A DNA stretch of 62,983 nucleotides, the filler included, from Choristocarpus tenellus KU-1152 (lineage: Eukaryota; Protista; Phaeophyceae), in the NCBI GenBank assembly GCA_964200185.2. It is 11 parts of 11 records of this genome, joined end to end, with 100 filler letters (N's around TTAATTAATTAA, not from the genome) between each part and the next. Parts side by side here need not be neighbours in the genome. Positions count along the whole stretch, not along the records: positions 25,166 to 34,939 come from CAXNAD020003402.1; positions 35,040 to 37,581 come from CAXNAD020026909.1; positions 37,682 to 40,279 come from CAXNAD020026403.1; 8 more parts are not named here. The stretch is one strand, 5' to 3'. Shown here one piece after another: positions 25,379-38,440 of this stretch. The translations under genes and the position numbers were made by a program. The notes beneath the pieces are model-generated. The model saw only the letters and a program-made list of their open reading frames with translations, was not told the DNA's origin and searched no databases. The first letter of the stretch is position 1. Each line of letters begins with the position of its first letter.

Positions 25379-28300
25379 GTGGAAACATTGCTGCTTGTGG
25401 TTTCGTCTGTCCTATGGACTCCTGCAGACCAGGATAGGTATGATCTCTGCCGCGCTGGTGATATACCAGCTGTGTCTGCCTTCTGCAGCATGGAGTATTA
25501 TTCACTCTGGAAGGTAGAAGGCTTGCTGCTGTTGGCATTTGCCCTGGAGATGTCCATCAAGGTGCTTAACCACACACCTACATGCGCGCGCACACACACA
25601 CACACACACTCAGCATATAGTCACAGAACGTACACATTCTTCTTCTTCTTCTTCTTCTTCTTCTTGATCAAGTAATTTGATATCTCAAAGTCCCTTGCGC
25701 CATTCGCCCTTCAGGTTACAGCTATAGGTTGGAAGGGAGTCCTTCGTTCCCATTGGGTCAATGGCTTTGACTTGTTTGTACTGGTGGTGTCTCTGATCGC
25801 CTACGGGTTAATGGCAGTCATGGGAGCACAGACTGCCCTCTATGTGGACAGCCATGCCGGCCTGAGTGACTGGGTGGAGCTACCCCGTGCCTTGAGGATA
25901 CTGAGGCATGGCTAGATGGAGGGGCAAGGGTTGACTGTAGGGTCGCAGGGAGTGTGCCTTGAGAGGTCTGGGGAGACTTTGCGTCAAGTGGTTGGGAACT
26001 CTTGTTGTGAGCTCAAGGACCAAGGGCTATGACTGCTTTTGGGCTGTTTTGTGCTATGGTTGAGCCGGAAGGGGCTTTTGGTTAGTAATGTCCCCCTGAT
26101 TGAGAATCTCGAGGGGGGGGGTTATTTTAGTGCCATTGGAGGAAATGTGGAAGGGGAAGGGGAGAGGAGGGTTGGTCGGTGTGAAGGGATAAGCATTACT
26201 TTTGACAATTCTCAAGGTACAGTTGTCTGGTGTTTGGTGCCAATTGTTTTCAAGTTAGCTGTGACTGTAGTTTTCAATCATACTGATCCACTCGTGGAGT
26301 AAAACTGTCACTGCTTCTGAACGTCACCTATCCACAGCCTCGGCAGAGGATGGAGGGGTGGGGGAATAATTTCCACACTGCCCGTTTCAAAGATTCAAAT
26401 ATTGCTAGTCCACAGCACATTGATGAATCAACTGTCCAATGGCAAGCCTTCCCACCTAACCTTTTTCCTTATCCACCCTCTGTATTTCTTTCCCATCCCT
26501 CTGCCCCAACCCCTCTGGTGGACTATGTGCAGGCTTTTGACTGTCTTCCCCCATCTCCGTGAGCTCCTAGAGTGGATGTCAACAGTTGCATCTATGTTGG
26601 TGAAGATTCTCATGCTATACTTCTGCGTGTCTTTCTCGTTTGCTGTTGTGGGGATGGGACTCTTCACAGACACATCGAGCGATGAACTCGGTCCAAGGTA
26701 AGAACTACCGGTCTGAACCTTGGACTGGACCAGGAAAATGTAGATGGTTCCTTGTGTTGGACTAGGCCTGTGAGAATATTCAGAACAGTCCATAACGATG
26801 CTCAGTGCTTCAGCTCTTGCTATTGTTTGACTCAAGAGACCGTTCGCCCTTTCTGAATGATGTAATAGGGAGCAGGGACTGTGATCGAACTTTTTCGGCT
26901 GGATGCCCTGGGTTCTGCCGTGAGTTGTTTTGTTTCCTCTTTCAAAGAACAATTCTTGACCTCCCAGGCGACGCCCTTGCTCTGTCTTTCGTTTGTCTTT
27001 TGGTGCAAGGCAGGTATTCGTTTGGGACCCTCCCCGAGGCTCTCATGTCACTGTTCTTTCTCACAGTGACCAACAACTGGAATGATCTCCTGTATCCAGT
27101 GATAATGGCTGTGAGTCCTGTGCTGTACAGCTGCAGCAATTTGGTTTATTGTTGGATTGCTACAGTAGAATGTTGTGCCTGGACAGCCTTTTTGTTCTTT
27201 GTTGTGTCAAGTACAGACTGCGAATGGATAAGCCGTTGCTATTTTAGCAGTGTCTAGAGAATTAGACCTTTGTACTGGTACCTATTGATATTTTTCGGAA
27301 CCGGTAAACCCTATCCCTAAACCCTAAGGTAGGTACGCCTGGTTGGACATATTCTTGTAATTCTTGCTAGCTTTTGCTTCACTGTGGAATTATCACTTCA
27401 TGTATATGTTAGTAGTAGTAACTGTACATATTGTTGAGGCGACACCAATCATTCACATTGCGTAGAACTCTAGCCCTAACCCTAACCCTAACCCTAGAGT
27501 GTAAGAGTAGAGTAAAATGAACAAACCTTAATTCCAAGAAATATGTGAGTTTTTTTAAACAGGAGGTATTGCTGATCAGAAGCGTTACAATTGACTCGGT
27601 GTGACAAGTAAACCCATCCTATTGGTGTAAATTATGCTAAGTGTCCCCTCCTCGAAATGCTATGCATTTGTAGCAGCAGTAGTGGCTTTAAGGTGAAAAG
27701 TCTGCAGCAGAGTGGGATTTCCCCTTAAGTCGTGATTAGAACAAACTCGTCCTGTTGTGGAATTGGTTGCTATGACTATTTCGTCTCCAGCGATCACATT
27801 TCAGTGTTGCTTTTATTGGGCTTACCATGCTTCCAAAATATCTCACCACCCAGTTGCATTTTACTTTAACCCTTGTAGTCTCCCCTCATGGCCCTTCACC
27901 ATTCCAAATCCCTGGCAATGGCCTGCTATTGTAGTTCTTCTGACTGATACTGCTCCCACTCATCTTTCCTGGTTTTTTACACCATAATAAGGTTGTCCCT
28001 CCCAACTCAACGTTTTTTTTATAATTCCTACCTTCCAACATGGTATGTTCAATACAAAAAGGCTACCTGGGGTCGGTGGACATCCATATACTTCGTGATG
28101 TACATGCTCTTTTGTTCCACAATTATGCTGGATATCCTTGTGGGTGTGGTCATTGAAGGACTCAGGGTGTCGAAGTCTGAGAAGGCGGGGATGACGGCAT
28201 TGCCTGCTGATCCTACCCTGCCCTCTCTAAGGAGTGATGATGGAAGTGTAGGTAAGGGAATAGATTCAGCGGTGGTGGCTGACAAGGGGCAGAGGAGGGT

Positions 28301-30691
28301 TGGCGACTGTTGGAAGTTTGAGCATTGGTTGTGTCAGGGTGGCTATACAAAGATATCATGTTTCCACTTTGGATGTCTGTGTTGAATGATTGGAGTAGTC
28401 GGATATTTTTTGAGATGATAGTAATAGTGCCATATGAAGTGCTTCACAGTAGTATGTGAATAAGAAAATTATATGAACAGAAGCATTTGCTCAGGGCTGG
28501 CTCGGTTGAATGGATTTTATCATCTCAATTGGTGAGGATTGTGTTTGATTTTATCAGAAGCTTGTCTGCCTCACATTCCGATATGTTGAGTGTGAGTTTA
28601 TAACTTGTCTTGATCATTGGGATAAATTCAACATAACATTCACACCGTGCAGAAGCCGGTGAACCCTCTCTTAGGCGGCCAAATAGATACAGTTGGTCTG
28701 ACTGCCTCTTTAGTTTTTCATTTGTTAGAGGTAGAGGTAGAGGAGGGAAGTATTGGAATATACTTCTCAGCTCTCGGCTTGTGCTTAGGCCTCCGACATG
28801 GGAAAAACATGGGTTAAAAGAGAGAATCCATGGTTGGTTAGCGCATGACCTTGTACTGTACAACATAGTCAACACCACTTAATCAATGGAATTTGCACCC
28901 TGCAGAAGAGCCCTATATCCCCCCCTCCTGTTGCACCTCCAAGTTATTGTCCGAGTCCCTTTAACTTACCTTCATCCAGCCGTAGCCTCAGTTATCGTGA
29001 ACATGTCTATCCCATATTTAGGCTTGATCTCACATTGCTTTGGTGCTGTTTTTGGTTGGTAGGATCAGGATCACACTTCCTGCGGGGCAAGAGATCGACA
29101 TCTTCCAGGTTGAGGAGTTCATTGAGAGGAGAGGGAGGCGGTGTCTCACCTTCCTCTGTTACGAGGCGCCAAGGAAGGATTGCAGGAACGCCTTCCTTGA
29201 AGGGTTATCGTAGTGTGGGTGCTGAAGACATGTTCCGATCTGGCATTAAGGTGAGAATTGGGATAGGGGGATGGGGTAGAGGTAAAAACTAAGGAGACTT
29301 ACATATAGATGTGGAGATTACATAGGCGGAGGAAGGGAGGTGTTGGAGTGATGGAGTTGTGGATGTGTGGGTGGATGGATGGAATTGAAAAGAACGAAAG
29401 GGTAATGATATTTCTGGTCTATGCAGGGGAGTCTGGTTTGGTGTGTCTGGGGTGATGGGAAGATGGGGGGCAGGTATAGGTTGTGATTTGAAGGGTGAGA
29501 GCATTCTAGATGCTCCTCCCTTGATCGAAACATGAGGAGAGGAGGGTGACTGTTGCTGTTTGGTGTTTTGCTTGATGGAAAGAGCTTTGCCTGGTGATGG
29601 GGGAACGTACTACTCACTACCTGTGTTGTTGATGGCGATGCAGCAGTAGTATTTGGTACTTGAATGTGTCTTTTCAGGGTTGGAGATTATCTCCCCACTC
29701 TTATTCTCACTTTCTTTGTTTTCCCCTGTGTACCAGCCCAATTCTTTTCAACTCATTTATATTGTTATCATTACTTTATTACTGGTACCACTTTGAAATA
29801 TATTTATTTTGAACTTCTGGACCAAGTACATGCTTCACCCACCTTCTTAGTACCTACCAGCTATACTCAATCTCCAACATAGCTCTTGTTTAAGAGGAGG
29901 TACTGTACTTTTCTAAGGTATTGGTATTGTTGACTTATGCTGCACTGGACCTCTACATCCAAGCTGGGGCTCCTGTTTTGAAACTGTCAATTTGCCGTCA
30001 ATTATGTTGTTTTTAAGTATTCATCTGTTACATCAGGGTGCTGTCATTCTGATTTTTTCATTTGCAGGGTTAAAGTGAAAGACAAGAAATAGCAGGTTTA
30101 TGGAATCACACAAGACAAGATTTTTTCAACTTTCAAATTTCCCTTCACCTGTAGCACCTCTATACCTCCATCTGACATTGGTAATCCACCAATCAAATGG
30201 TATTGTCAATGCAGGCTGGGATATCATTGGCTGACGTGAAGGAGCTGGAGGAGGCTGTTGCAGGTGTAGAGGAGAGACTGCATGATGAATGGTGAGCTTT
30301 TTTACAGCAGCACAGATGTGTTGCCTGCTATTTCAGGTTCCTTTCAACAGGGTTAGAAGGTCGTAGTCCATGGGGGGGTTAGGGTACTTACAATGTACAT
30401 CATAGTACAGTAGTAGTGTAGGTGTGGAAGCAGTTAAGGACTAGCAGTTAAGGGTTAGGGTTGTGCCCACGATTTCAACATTTTGACTCTGATGTATTGC
30501 TAGGCACTATTGTTTGGATAGTACTATGATTTAATGTGTACAATACCCTGGCTGAAGTGCCAGTACCAAGATACGATCTTTTCTGATTGTTACTACGCCA
30601 CTTGGATGATGGAATGCATGTTGATGAATTTGGCAGGGTGAAGCAGCAGAGGATCCTTCTTCGTCAGACCTCCAACCAGGGTCATCGCTAG
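25379..30691 (+). CDS. TPC: Two-pore channel (TPC-type voltage-gated cation channel), 3' portion: domain II S1-S6 plus C-terminal tail; 5' part lies outside the contig
   Basis: Exons 25379-25561, 25715-25905, 26533-26697, 27014-27110, 28062-28251, 29063-29250, 30215-30291, 30637-30691 join in phase with AG acceptors and GT donors (one GC). Translation shows S2 'LLAFALEMSIK', S3 'WVNGFDLFVLVVS', S4 'PRALRILRLLTVFPHLRELL', S5 'FSFAVVGMGLF', pore 'SFGTLPEALMSLFFLTVTNNWNDLL' (the NNW filter typical of TPC domain II) and S6 'YFVMYMLFCSTIMLDILVGVVIE'. The last exon is less certain; an alternative stop is TGA at 30293-30295. Confidence 0.85.
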
Positions 30692-31567
30692 AAACTCTGG
30701 AGAGTTGCGGCATACATGTTTGGATCAATGTGCTGGTGATCATTATTAGACACTGGTTGTGTTTTTTTGTGTTCTTTCTTGTATCACTCTCTCTTGTGTG
30801 CGTGTGTGTATGCATACCATTTATGTTGTGAAGGACTTCCAACATCAAAACCAAAACAAAACCTTGCAAGCAACAGTCAAGGTCCACAACTGAATTGAAT
30901 CAGTCAGTGGGGTCACCCACCCCTTCCTTTATGAGTTCTTTTGGCATGCATCACGTTTTTCTTCAGCGTGTTCCATCACTTGAGTTTTTTTGTGGGGAGA
31001 TGAAACTTCTTGATCTAACACTGCTTAGGTTTTCATTGCACTTGATAAGGCGCGCCTTTTACAATGATATCTACAAGTACACGGGACAAGGAGGATCTTC
31101 CAATATTTATAGTAAATTTAGGATTTGGCATAATTCTGTATTGCCTTGATAAGGTCGGTATTGTTTTCATAACTTTTTTTTTGTGGTTAAGTGACTCTGT
31201 TGTAACATTTGGCTTGGACAGGTTTAAGGTGTTGAAGTATTTGGTTTTTACAGGTACAGTAGTAGAAGTGACTGCTTGTTGTTTGTCTAAGGTATTGATT
31301 CTGATTGAATCCTCTTTATGCAATATCAGGTTTCACACGCATGATAGTACAACTTGTCCTTCTGTCTCCGAAGATTTTTTTTTGTGGCAAAGTCAAGATC
31401 TTGCAAGGTTGTATGAACTGGATGTGGCGATAGACTGTTACAACCAACACTTGTCAGGATACAGTAGTAGTCTATCAGGATAGAGGTGAAATGCGCACAT
31501 GAGAACAAAATAAATATTTGTTTGGCGCATTATGATTCAGTGTATTTATTGTACCCTCTAGATGATT

Positions 31568-31829
31568 AAGTGAAAGTATCTTAGAGGGTACGAGTTTTGC
31601 CCTGTTTGTCCACTTGGGGCTTGGCTTCCCGTGCTTTTTTTAATGACATTTTCCTACTCCAAAATGTTTCGGACTAGGTAAAATGTATACGTCATGAAAA
31701 GGTGTGTCTGGAACAAGGATAATGACACTTTAAAATTAAAATGATAGCCAAAATTATTAAAAATCGCGACATTGGAGTTTGGTCCCCAAATGGACGCGGC
31801 TGTACCCTAACCCTAAGATACTTTGGCTC
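31568..31829 (+). mobile_element. MITE family A, TSD GATT/AATT
   Basis: Full-length copy; the right TIR carries a CCCTAA-type alteration. Confidence 0.9.
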
Positions 31830-33281
31830 AATTTGATTCCAATGATGGCCCAGTACTCCCCATTATTAGAGTCAGCTCACGTTTTAGGCTCACAGATACA
31901 GAAAAAATGTGTTTGTTTTATTTGGTTGAAGGCAGCAATTCAGAATGGGCTGATTTTTTGTTTATAATACATTCAAACATATATATATATATTGGCTCAA
32001 CGATTTGCTCCACCTTGGTGTGCTTTTTTTTATATTCCGTGACAAATATAAGGGAGTAAACACACCACCCGATTTCAGAACAAGGGTGTGAAAAGGTGGG
32101 ATTTCCATGTGAGAAATGTATGTACCATTTTTTTCAGCAGGAGCGTACAAATGTCTTTGTCACCTCTTAGATTATAAAATAAAGCGCGCAAATTTTAAGA
32201 GCAGTAGCCCCATGTAAAAGTGGGGCGCCCCTACAACTTCTTGCATGGTACGTGGTCTGTGTTCATCGTAGAGTGTCTGACTGGGTGTGTTCCCTTTTTC
32301 TGTGGTTCAAAGTTGAGATATGGGAGTGATTCTGGTTGAGAATTCTGGTGCTATTCACTGCTGGTGATAGAGAAGTGAGGGCAGGAGGTGATACGACTTT
32401 GGTTGTTTACGGAGTTTAATTTGCATGTGTCCGGTCTTGTCCTCTAATCTTCAACGTAGGTACTCTCTTTGTCTCAGTTGTAGAGAGACCTCGGAGGAAA
32501 TTTGATTGCGCACTAGTGACAATGGAACTATTATACTTTGTTTTGATAAACGTATTTCTCCCTTTTATTGATAGCTGTGTGAGTGTGTGAGAATTATGCT
32601 GGTGGATTCATTTCTAAGGTGTACTCCTGTTGTGCAGCGAGGTGCAGCAAGAATTGTGACCAAACTTACGATGTTCAGGGAATTGTAATTTTTTTTTTCT
32701 GGCATGTGTGTATTATATGGGAGTGTGGCACACCTAACCAAACGAGGTTTGTTTTCTTGATCTCACTCTTGTCCACAACCCTTTAGAATCTCTAGTGTGT
32801 AGTACGTACGTTGTTTCTCAGCACAAGTTTCATTGAAACGAAAAGTTACATGCGTAACACGAGTCTTGCCTTGCCAAGGTGCTTGAACCCCACTAATGTT
32901 TCCTTTGGGTGATGGGTAGGTGTATAGGCATGGTTTAGCCCTTATTCATGCATGTGTGTAAACGAACAAGTTACATCTTTTGTGTACAGTACCCATGCAC
33001 AGTCAAGTAAGAAGTTTGAGTCAAGACCATGGTCTTCTGATCCAAACCTTCATTTACCACATCTGACACACTGACGTCTAAAGATCAACATTGTGTGAAG
33101 AATAAAAAGGTACTGCGTTGATGGAAAAAACGCACTTTCTTCGTAGTCGAACATCTTCAGTTCAACAGGATGAATGATTAGTAGTGAGTGCAGGTCGGCA
33201 ACAAGAGATTACAGCAGGTAACAACAGCATGTCAAATTGTGTGTGTGTGTGGCATGAGAATGAAATTATAACTTCACTTCT

Positions 33282-33549
33282 GAGCCAGACCAACTGAGAG
33301 GTAGGCAGGGTTGCATTTTTTAGGCTCCTGAGAAACGGCAGAAAGGTGCCGTAATGTACAATTGTGTGAAGAACCTTTGTTCAATTGTCGTGGTGTCCCT
33401 TTGTGTGTGGAAAGGGGGAATGTACCCATTTTGAGTATAATAGTGTGTACACTAAAGCAATGAGATAGAGTGTATTGCACAGGGTAAGAAAGATGGCTTG
33501 GAATGCAAAGGGGTTCAAAACCTGCCAACCTCTCAATTGAATTTGGCTC
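33282..33549 (-). mobile_element. MITE family E, 268 bp, 3-bp TSD TCT
   Basis: GAGCCAGACCAACTGAGAGGTAGGCAGG ... CCTGCCAACCTCTCAATTGAATTTGGCTC. Confidence 0.8.
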
Positions 33550-35689
33550 TCTATGCATCTTTGTGCAGGGTGTGATCTCTATAGAGCCACTAGGAAGAAA
33601 AGGCAAGAGACGATCATTGCATTTCTTTTCCAATTGTTGCTTATTCCGTTCATATCTATTGTTCTCACATGGGTTAGCCCTTCTACGAGGACCAGATAGA
33701 ATTACTGAGAATACTCTATTGCATGTGCTTCTAAAATAGTGGGCAAGTGGCAACTATGAAAAGATGACAGGCAGAGCTACCTTCCACTAGGACTGGCATC
33801 TACCCTACCTCAGAATAACACATGTAAGGACATGTGGTATCAGTAACTAGCTTCGATTTTTCTCACTTGGCAATAAAAGGGGTAGGCAGTACGCAACACA
33901 AAGTATCGTGCTGAAGAAGTTCCTCCAAAAATATTGGTACAAAATTGCCCACAGCCTCGGCCCTAACCCTAATTCGCAGCGTAGCCCTAAATCCTGACCC
34001 TGCAGTCCCCATCTCTCCTTCCGATATACCCCTTGGAACCACACACATAGTACTGCAGTTCTGCCGGGAATGCCAAGGCCGGTCCACAGTTGATTGATAC
34101 CCTCATCAAATCCCCTTTTTACCCCTGAACAGGATCTGAGGCCCAGGCAGAGAAACATGTTGATCTGCAGCAGGTAGGAGTGATACTGCTGTTGTACTTG
34201 ATGTGTGGTATCATGCCGTCTTGAGAGACACCAGAGAAGAGATGTCATTGGAAGCACTCTTATCTCTTGAAACATGTAGAAACTCACGATTTTGCAACCC
34301 ATCTATGCCGCAATTATCGCAATGATAATCAGAACATGCAGAAAGCATTTCAACCCCAAAGATCGTTAGCTGGTATACACACCACCTGTGACATGGCTGA
34401 CTATTAAGATGATAAAATGTTTAACCACCGATCATGTGCAACACCCTCCTCTGTTGATGGTAAAAATGTTAAATATTGTGTGTAGATACATACATGTCTT
34501 TTTCTTGATGGGTGTAGACAACTCCATGTACATGAACACATGTATGTTTTACGTGTTGCAAATCATTTTGTAGGTATGTATGGAACACATCTCGATACAG
34601 ATGTTCAACAGATACTTTATACTTCCAACAATCTCAGTAGTTGAAAAAAAAAATGCGATATTGCTTGTTCTCGACTTCATTCTATGTGTGTCACAGGAAA
34701 ATATTCTTGATCGGCTATCCCCACTCCTTCACATAAAAAAAAACTCTCCAATGATATGACTCAAAGGATCAAAGAAGGGGGGTAGGTTTTAGGTCACACA
34801 ACTCTTTTTATTGCTGACATTTCAAATCCGACACATGCGACCAAATCACAACAAAAAAGTGAAAATCGAAAAATGAGTGAAAAACGGACGCCGACGCCCC
34901 CCACACCCACCAAAAATTCATGACCACGACACAGATCGANNNNNNNNNNNNNNNNNNNNNNNNNNNNNNNNNNNNNNNNNNNNTTAATTAATTAANNNNN
35001 NNNNNNNNNNNNNNNNNNNNNNNNNNNNNNNNNNNNNNNCCCTCCCAGATACTTTGGGTCACTATTCGTCCGGACGGAAACGGACGCCCCCTCACAAACC
35101 ACCATTCCCTGGGATACTTCGACCCAGCCACCATCCGCTTGTGATATGTTTTGGACTAAAATGCATTTAGGATCTACGCTTGGCGCTTGAGGGGGTGTAG
35201 ACTATGTTATTATGGCTAAGGGAAGTTGCCGTAAGCTTCAAAGCTTGGAGCCTGGGTGGTTGCCGCCGCTTGTTTTGGGTGTGGAAGAGAGGTCATCTGT
35301 TGTGGAAATCTCGATTAGTCCTGAAGATGGTGGTATGGAGTACGAGATGCTCGTGCGTCAACGTATTTGTAGTAACACTTCTTCCAGTTGCTCGGTGGCC
35401 CGATCAACCCAAAGAGGGGAGGAAAAAGGATTGGGGCATGGCAGTAAAAACATTAGAGGATGGTGGCAGAACGCTGTAATGGAGATGAAATGTGGGTTGC
35501 CACCGGGCCAATAAAAACATGCGTATGAGGACACATAAACACTAACTCTTCGGGAGGATAATAAATTCAATGTACCAAATATGCGTAAGTCCGTTGATTT
35601 AGACAACGATCTCTCCATCATAGTATATCTGCCGAGGCATGTGTCGGACTGGTGAAGTAGAAGGTGACTCACAGTCAGAAATTGGCCTA

Positions 35690-37100
35690 TGTTGCTACTC
35701 GAAGCCGTGTCTATCGTCAGTATGGTGGCAGTGTAGGACTTTTCCGGAACCAGGCTCTTGTAGGGGCGTCTTGGTCAATACTGTAGTGTTGGACAAGAAG
35801 TTGCATATGTCGTAAGCCACCATTCTCCCATATGGCCTCGCAGGGGTAGCTGACTCGCTCCTTTCCATCTTTCACAGTGTAGGGGGGCTGGTACTTGGTC
35901 GCGTTCCGTTGTATCTGCTGATCGTCTCATCTGAAGTAAAGTCCCCTGCCCTTGGCTCTGGCATTGCGTGTTTCTCCCTCATCTATATCTGGCACATAAC
36001 CCATTGTCTGTTCAAGGAGTACGTTCTATATATCCTTGTCCATGTCCCTACGCTTCCACTGGCGGTCAACAATCGACCGACTGCATTGTCCGACACACAG
36101 GGCTGCAGCCTCGTCACTGTCCATCTTAATCGTCTCTCGAAGTTGGTTGACGCCCTCCTTGATCTCGTCCTCTGTCATGTACGACCCCAATTGAGGGGGT
36201 AAAGATTTTTCGCCATCGTCCTGGATGTAGGACACCGAGTAAATGTACGCCCCTGAACCATCTACGTGAACATCGCCAACCCTGCCCTGTACGATGGCCC
36301 CCCTACGCGCGCGCAGGATGAAGTTGGTTCCTCGACCGAACCTGGGGTCGGATGTGTCCCCAAGTCTGAGTTGCCTAGAGAAGCGAGCAGTTATTCCACC
36401 GAGAGATTGACAGTTAGATTCTGAGGTGAACCTCTGGTATTGACCAGGCAGGATCGTGAATGTGTTGTCCAGGTGGTTGTGTTCGATGTCTGTGAAGAGT
36501 CAAAGTATCTAAGAGGGTAGAGCCGCGTCCATTTGGAGATCAAAATTCAATGTTGCAATTTTGATGAAATTTTAGCTATCCTGTTTGTCAGGAGATTTCA
36601 ATATCCTTGTTCCCGACACACCTTTCATAACATACACATTTTTCTTACTCCAAAATATATTTTGGAGTAGGTAAAACATCACCAAATGCCCGTGAGAAGC
36701 CAAGCCCCAAATGGACAAACAGGGAAGAACTCGTACCCTCTAAGATACTTTCACCCTGAAGTCTGGGATGATGATAGCCTGAAGGGACACGACGCGGGGA
36801 CCCGGTTGTGCGTCCTGCATCACCACAAACATATTCAATGCGGGGGGATTGAGTTGGTGTGTAGGACCACTGTAATGCGTTTGCGCGTTAAGGCCTGGTT
36901 TGGTTCTACAGGGGTGTTGGTGTCTGTCGATTGTTTTAAGAAACGGATAGCTATGTGTATGATAGAGGATACACTTAGTCAGCGGAATGGCCGAGTGGGA
37001 TGCGCTTATTTGCCTTACGTAAGTTGTAAAATATTGTCTTAAAGGTGTCAGTGGCTGTTGCAGACCGGGAGAACAAAATGCCACTGATTTGGATGTCAAG
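35690..37100 (-). pseudogene. Intronless pseudogene of unknown family, split by a MITE
   Basis: Removing MITE 36497-36756 and one TGAA joins 'IIIPDF' to 'TDIEHNHLD...' in frame down to 36026. The frame continues past two isolated stops to about 35695. Confidence 0.55.
36497..36756 (-). mobile_element. MITE family A, 260 bp, TSD TGAA
   Basis: GAGTCAAAGTATCTAAGAGGGTA ... TACCCTCTAAGATACTTTCACCC; TGAA on both flanks. Confidence 0.9.
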
Positions 37101-37681
37101 ATTGGACGTTATGAGATTAATCCATGTTGGTTAGAGGGGATGTAAGGGGATATGTGACATCCATACCCACATATGAACAGGTTGGAATGATTCGTATGGG
37201 GCATTGTTCCCTTTGAAGCAATAAGAAGCGTTTCTAACCTTGTCCGTCCGTGACATGTGAATAGTTGGCACTCCATCAACGAAGCTAGCACTCAGCACCT
37301 CGAAGTCTTCAGTGACAAAGATGATCTCATCTCCAGCACTGAACATCCCTCCGTAGCTGGAGTGGTGTCTGGCATTCCATTGAATCGTGTCCTTGCAGTG
37401 GACAGTGAACGGCAAGAACTCTATACCATTCTACTCCGATGACTGCGTCCACATAATGCATATGTTCCCCTCGGCCAGCTGTCTCTTCTTCCTCGACAGC
37501 TGACTTCTGATATACATATCACCTGTTCCCGCTTCCGTGGAAAGTCTGAGTCGAGGGCGATGGTTGCAAGTGTGCGCGGACNNNNNNNNNNNNNNNNNNN
37601 NNNNNNNNNNNNNNNNNNNNNNNNNTTAATTAATTAANNNNNNNNNNNNNNNNNNNNNNNNNNNNNNNNNNNNNNNNNNNN

Positions 37682-38370
37682 CACCCCTTGCTCTACAGAG
37701 GATGGTAGCCCTTTCACAGTGGACAGGAATCTCTGTATGGACCTGGTGTTTCATGCAGGGGCACTAGCGGACGCCGGAACTGCTCCCTACAGGGACAAAG
37801 GTCTTCTGCTGGACGTCACCTTCGCAGAGGTACAGGCAACCTCTCACCTAATCCACTCACCCACCAGCAATGGTCTAGCTGCTGCTGCAGCCGAGACGCG
37901 AAAGCGCACCTACTACGAGGGTCAAAGGAGCCCTCGTAATTATGACCTCAGCACCTTTGTGGTGGAACGTTTTGGGCGCCTCGACAAGCAAGCGGAATGC
38001 TTCCTGGATGAGCTGACTACTCACATGGTAGGGGGGAGAGGAGCGGGAGGGTACTGCCGGAAAGGAGTAGTTAAATCCTGGCTACGCCAAATTGTTTCGG
38101 TGACTACGCTAGTGGCATTGTCTCGATGTGTCATGCGCTTTAAACTAGAGTCACCAGGGAGATGGACACGGAGGGGTTTGTTGGATTCTTGGGATGCCTC
38201 CCTAGCTTCCCCCCCGGGGCACAGGAGTAGGTAGATGGGAAACACAGGAAAACAGTATAATATTTGATAGAGGTGAAGTAACTGATAGATTAGTGGTTTC
38301 CACACTCACAGTGTTTTATTGTGTTTTCACATTTATGATATCTAATTTCTTTAGGGCTAATAACGACATA
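37682..38370 (+). mobile_element. CRE-clade non-LTR retrotransposon, 3' end (restriction-like endonuclease domain plus 3' UTR)
   Basis: ORF 37719-38234: 'MDLVF...KGLLLDVTFAE...AAETRKRTYY...STFVVERFGRLDKQAECFLDEL...LRQIVSVTTLVALSR', the RLE signature D...DVT...E.RK..Y...F.VE.FGR. It ends at an (AT)n tract. Confidence 0.75.
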
Positions 38371-38383
38371 TATATATATGTAT

Positions 38384-38440
38384 AGTTTTCATTGGTTTTC
38401 CCCCTGACACATCTGCAAAATGTCAGAGGGCATAATAATA
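38384..38440 (-). repeat. Short (about 55 bp) dispersed stem-loop repeat, probably a LINE/SINE 3' end
   Basis: TATGCCCTCTGACATTTTGCAGATGTGTCAGGGGGAAAACCAATGAAAACT. Other copies at 16376-16426, 39110-39157 and 54251-54300. Confidence 0.75.

Noticed and set aside
33847-34302. CACTA/Plavaka-like transposase fragment ('DEGINQLWTG')
   Set aside because: Only a single short motif.
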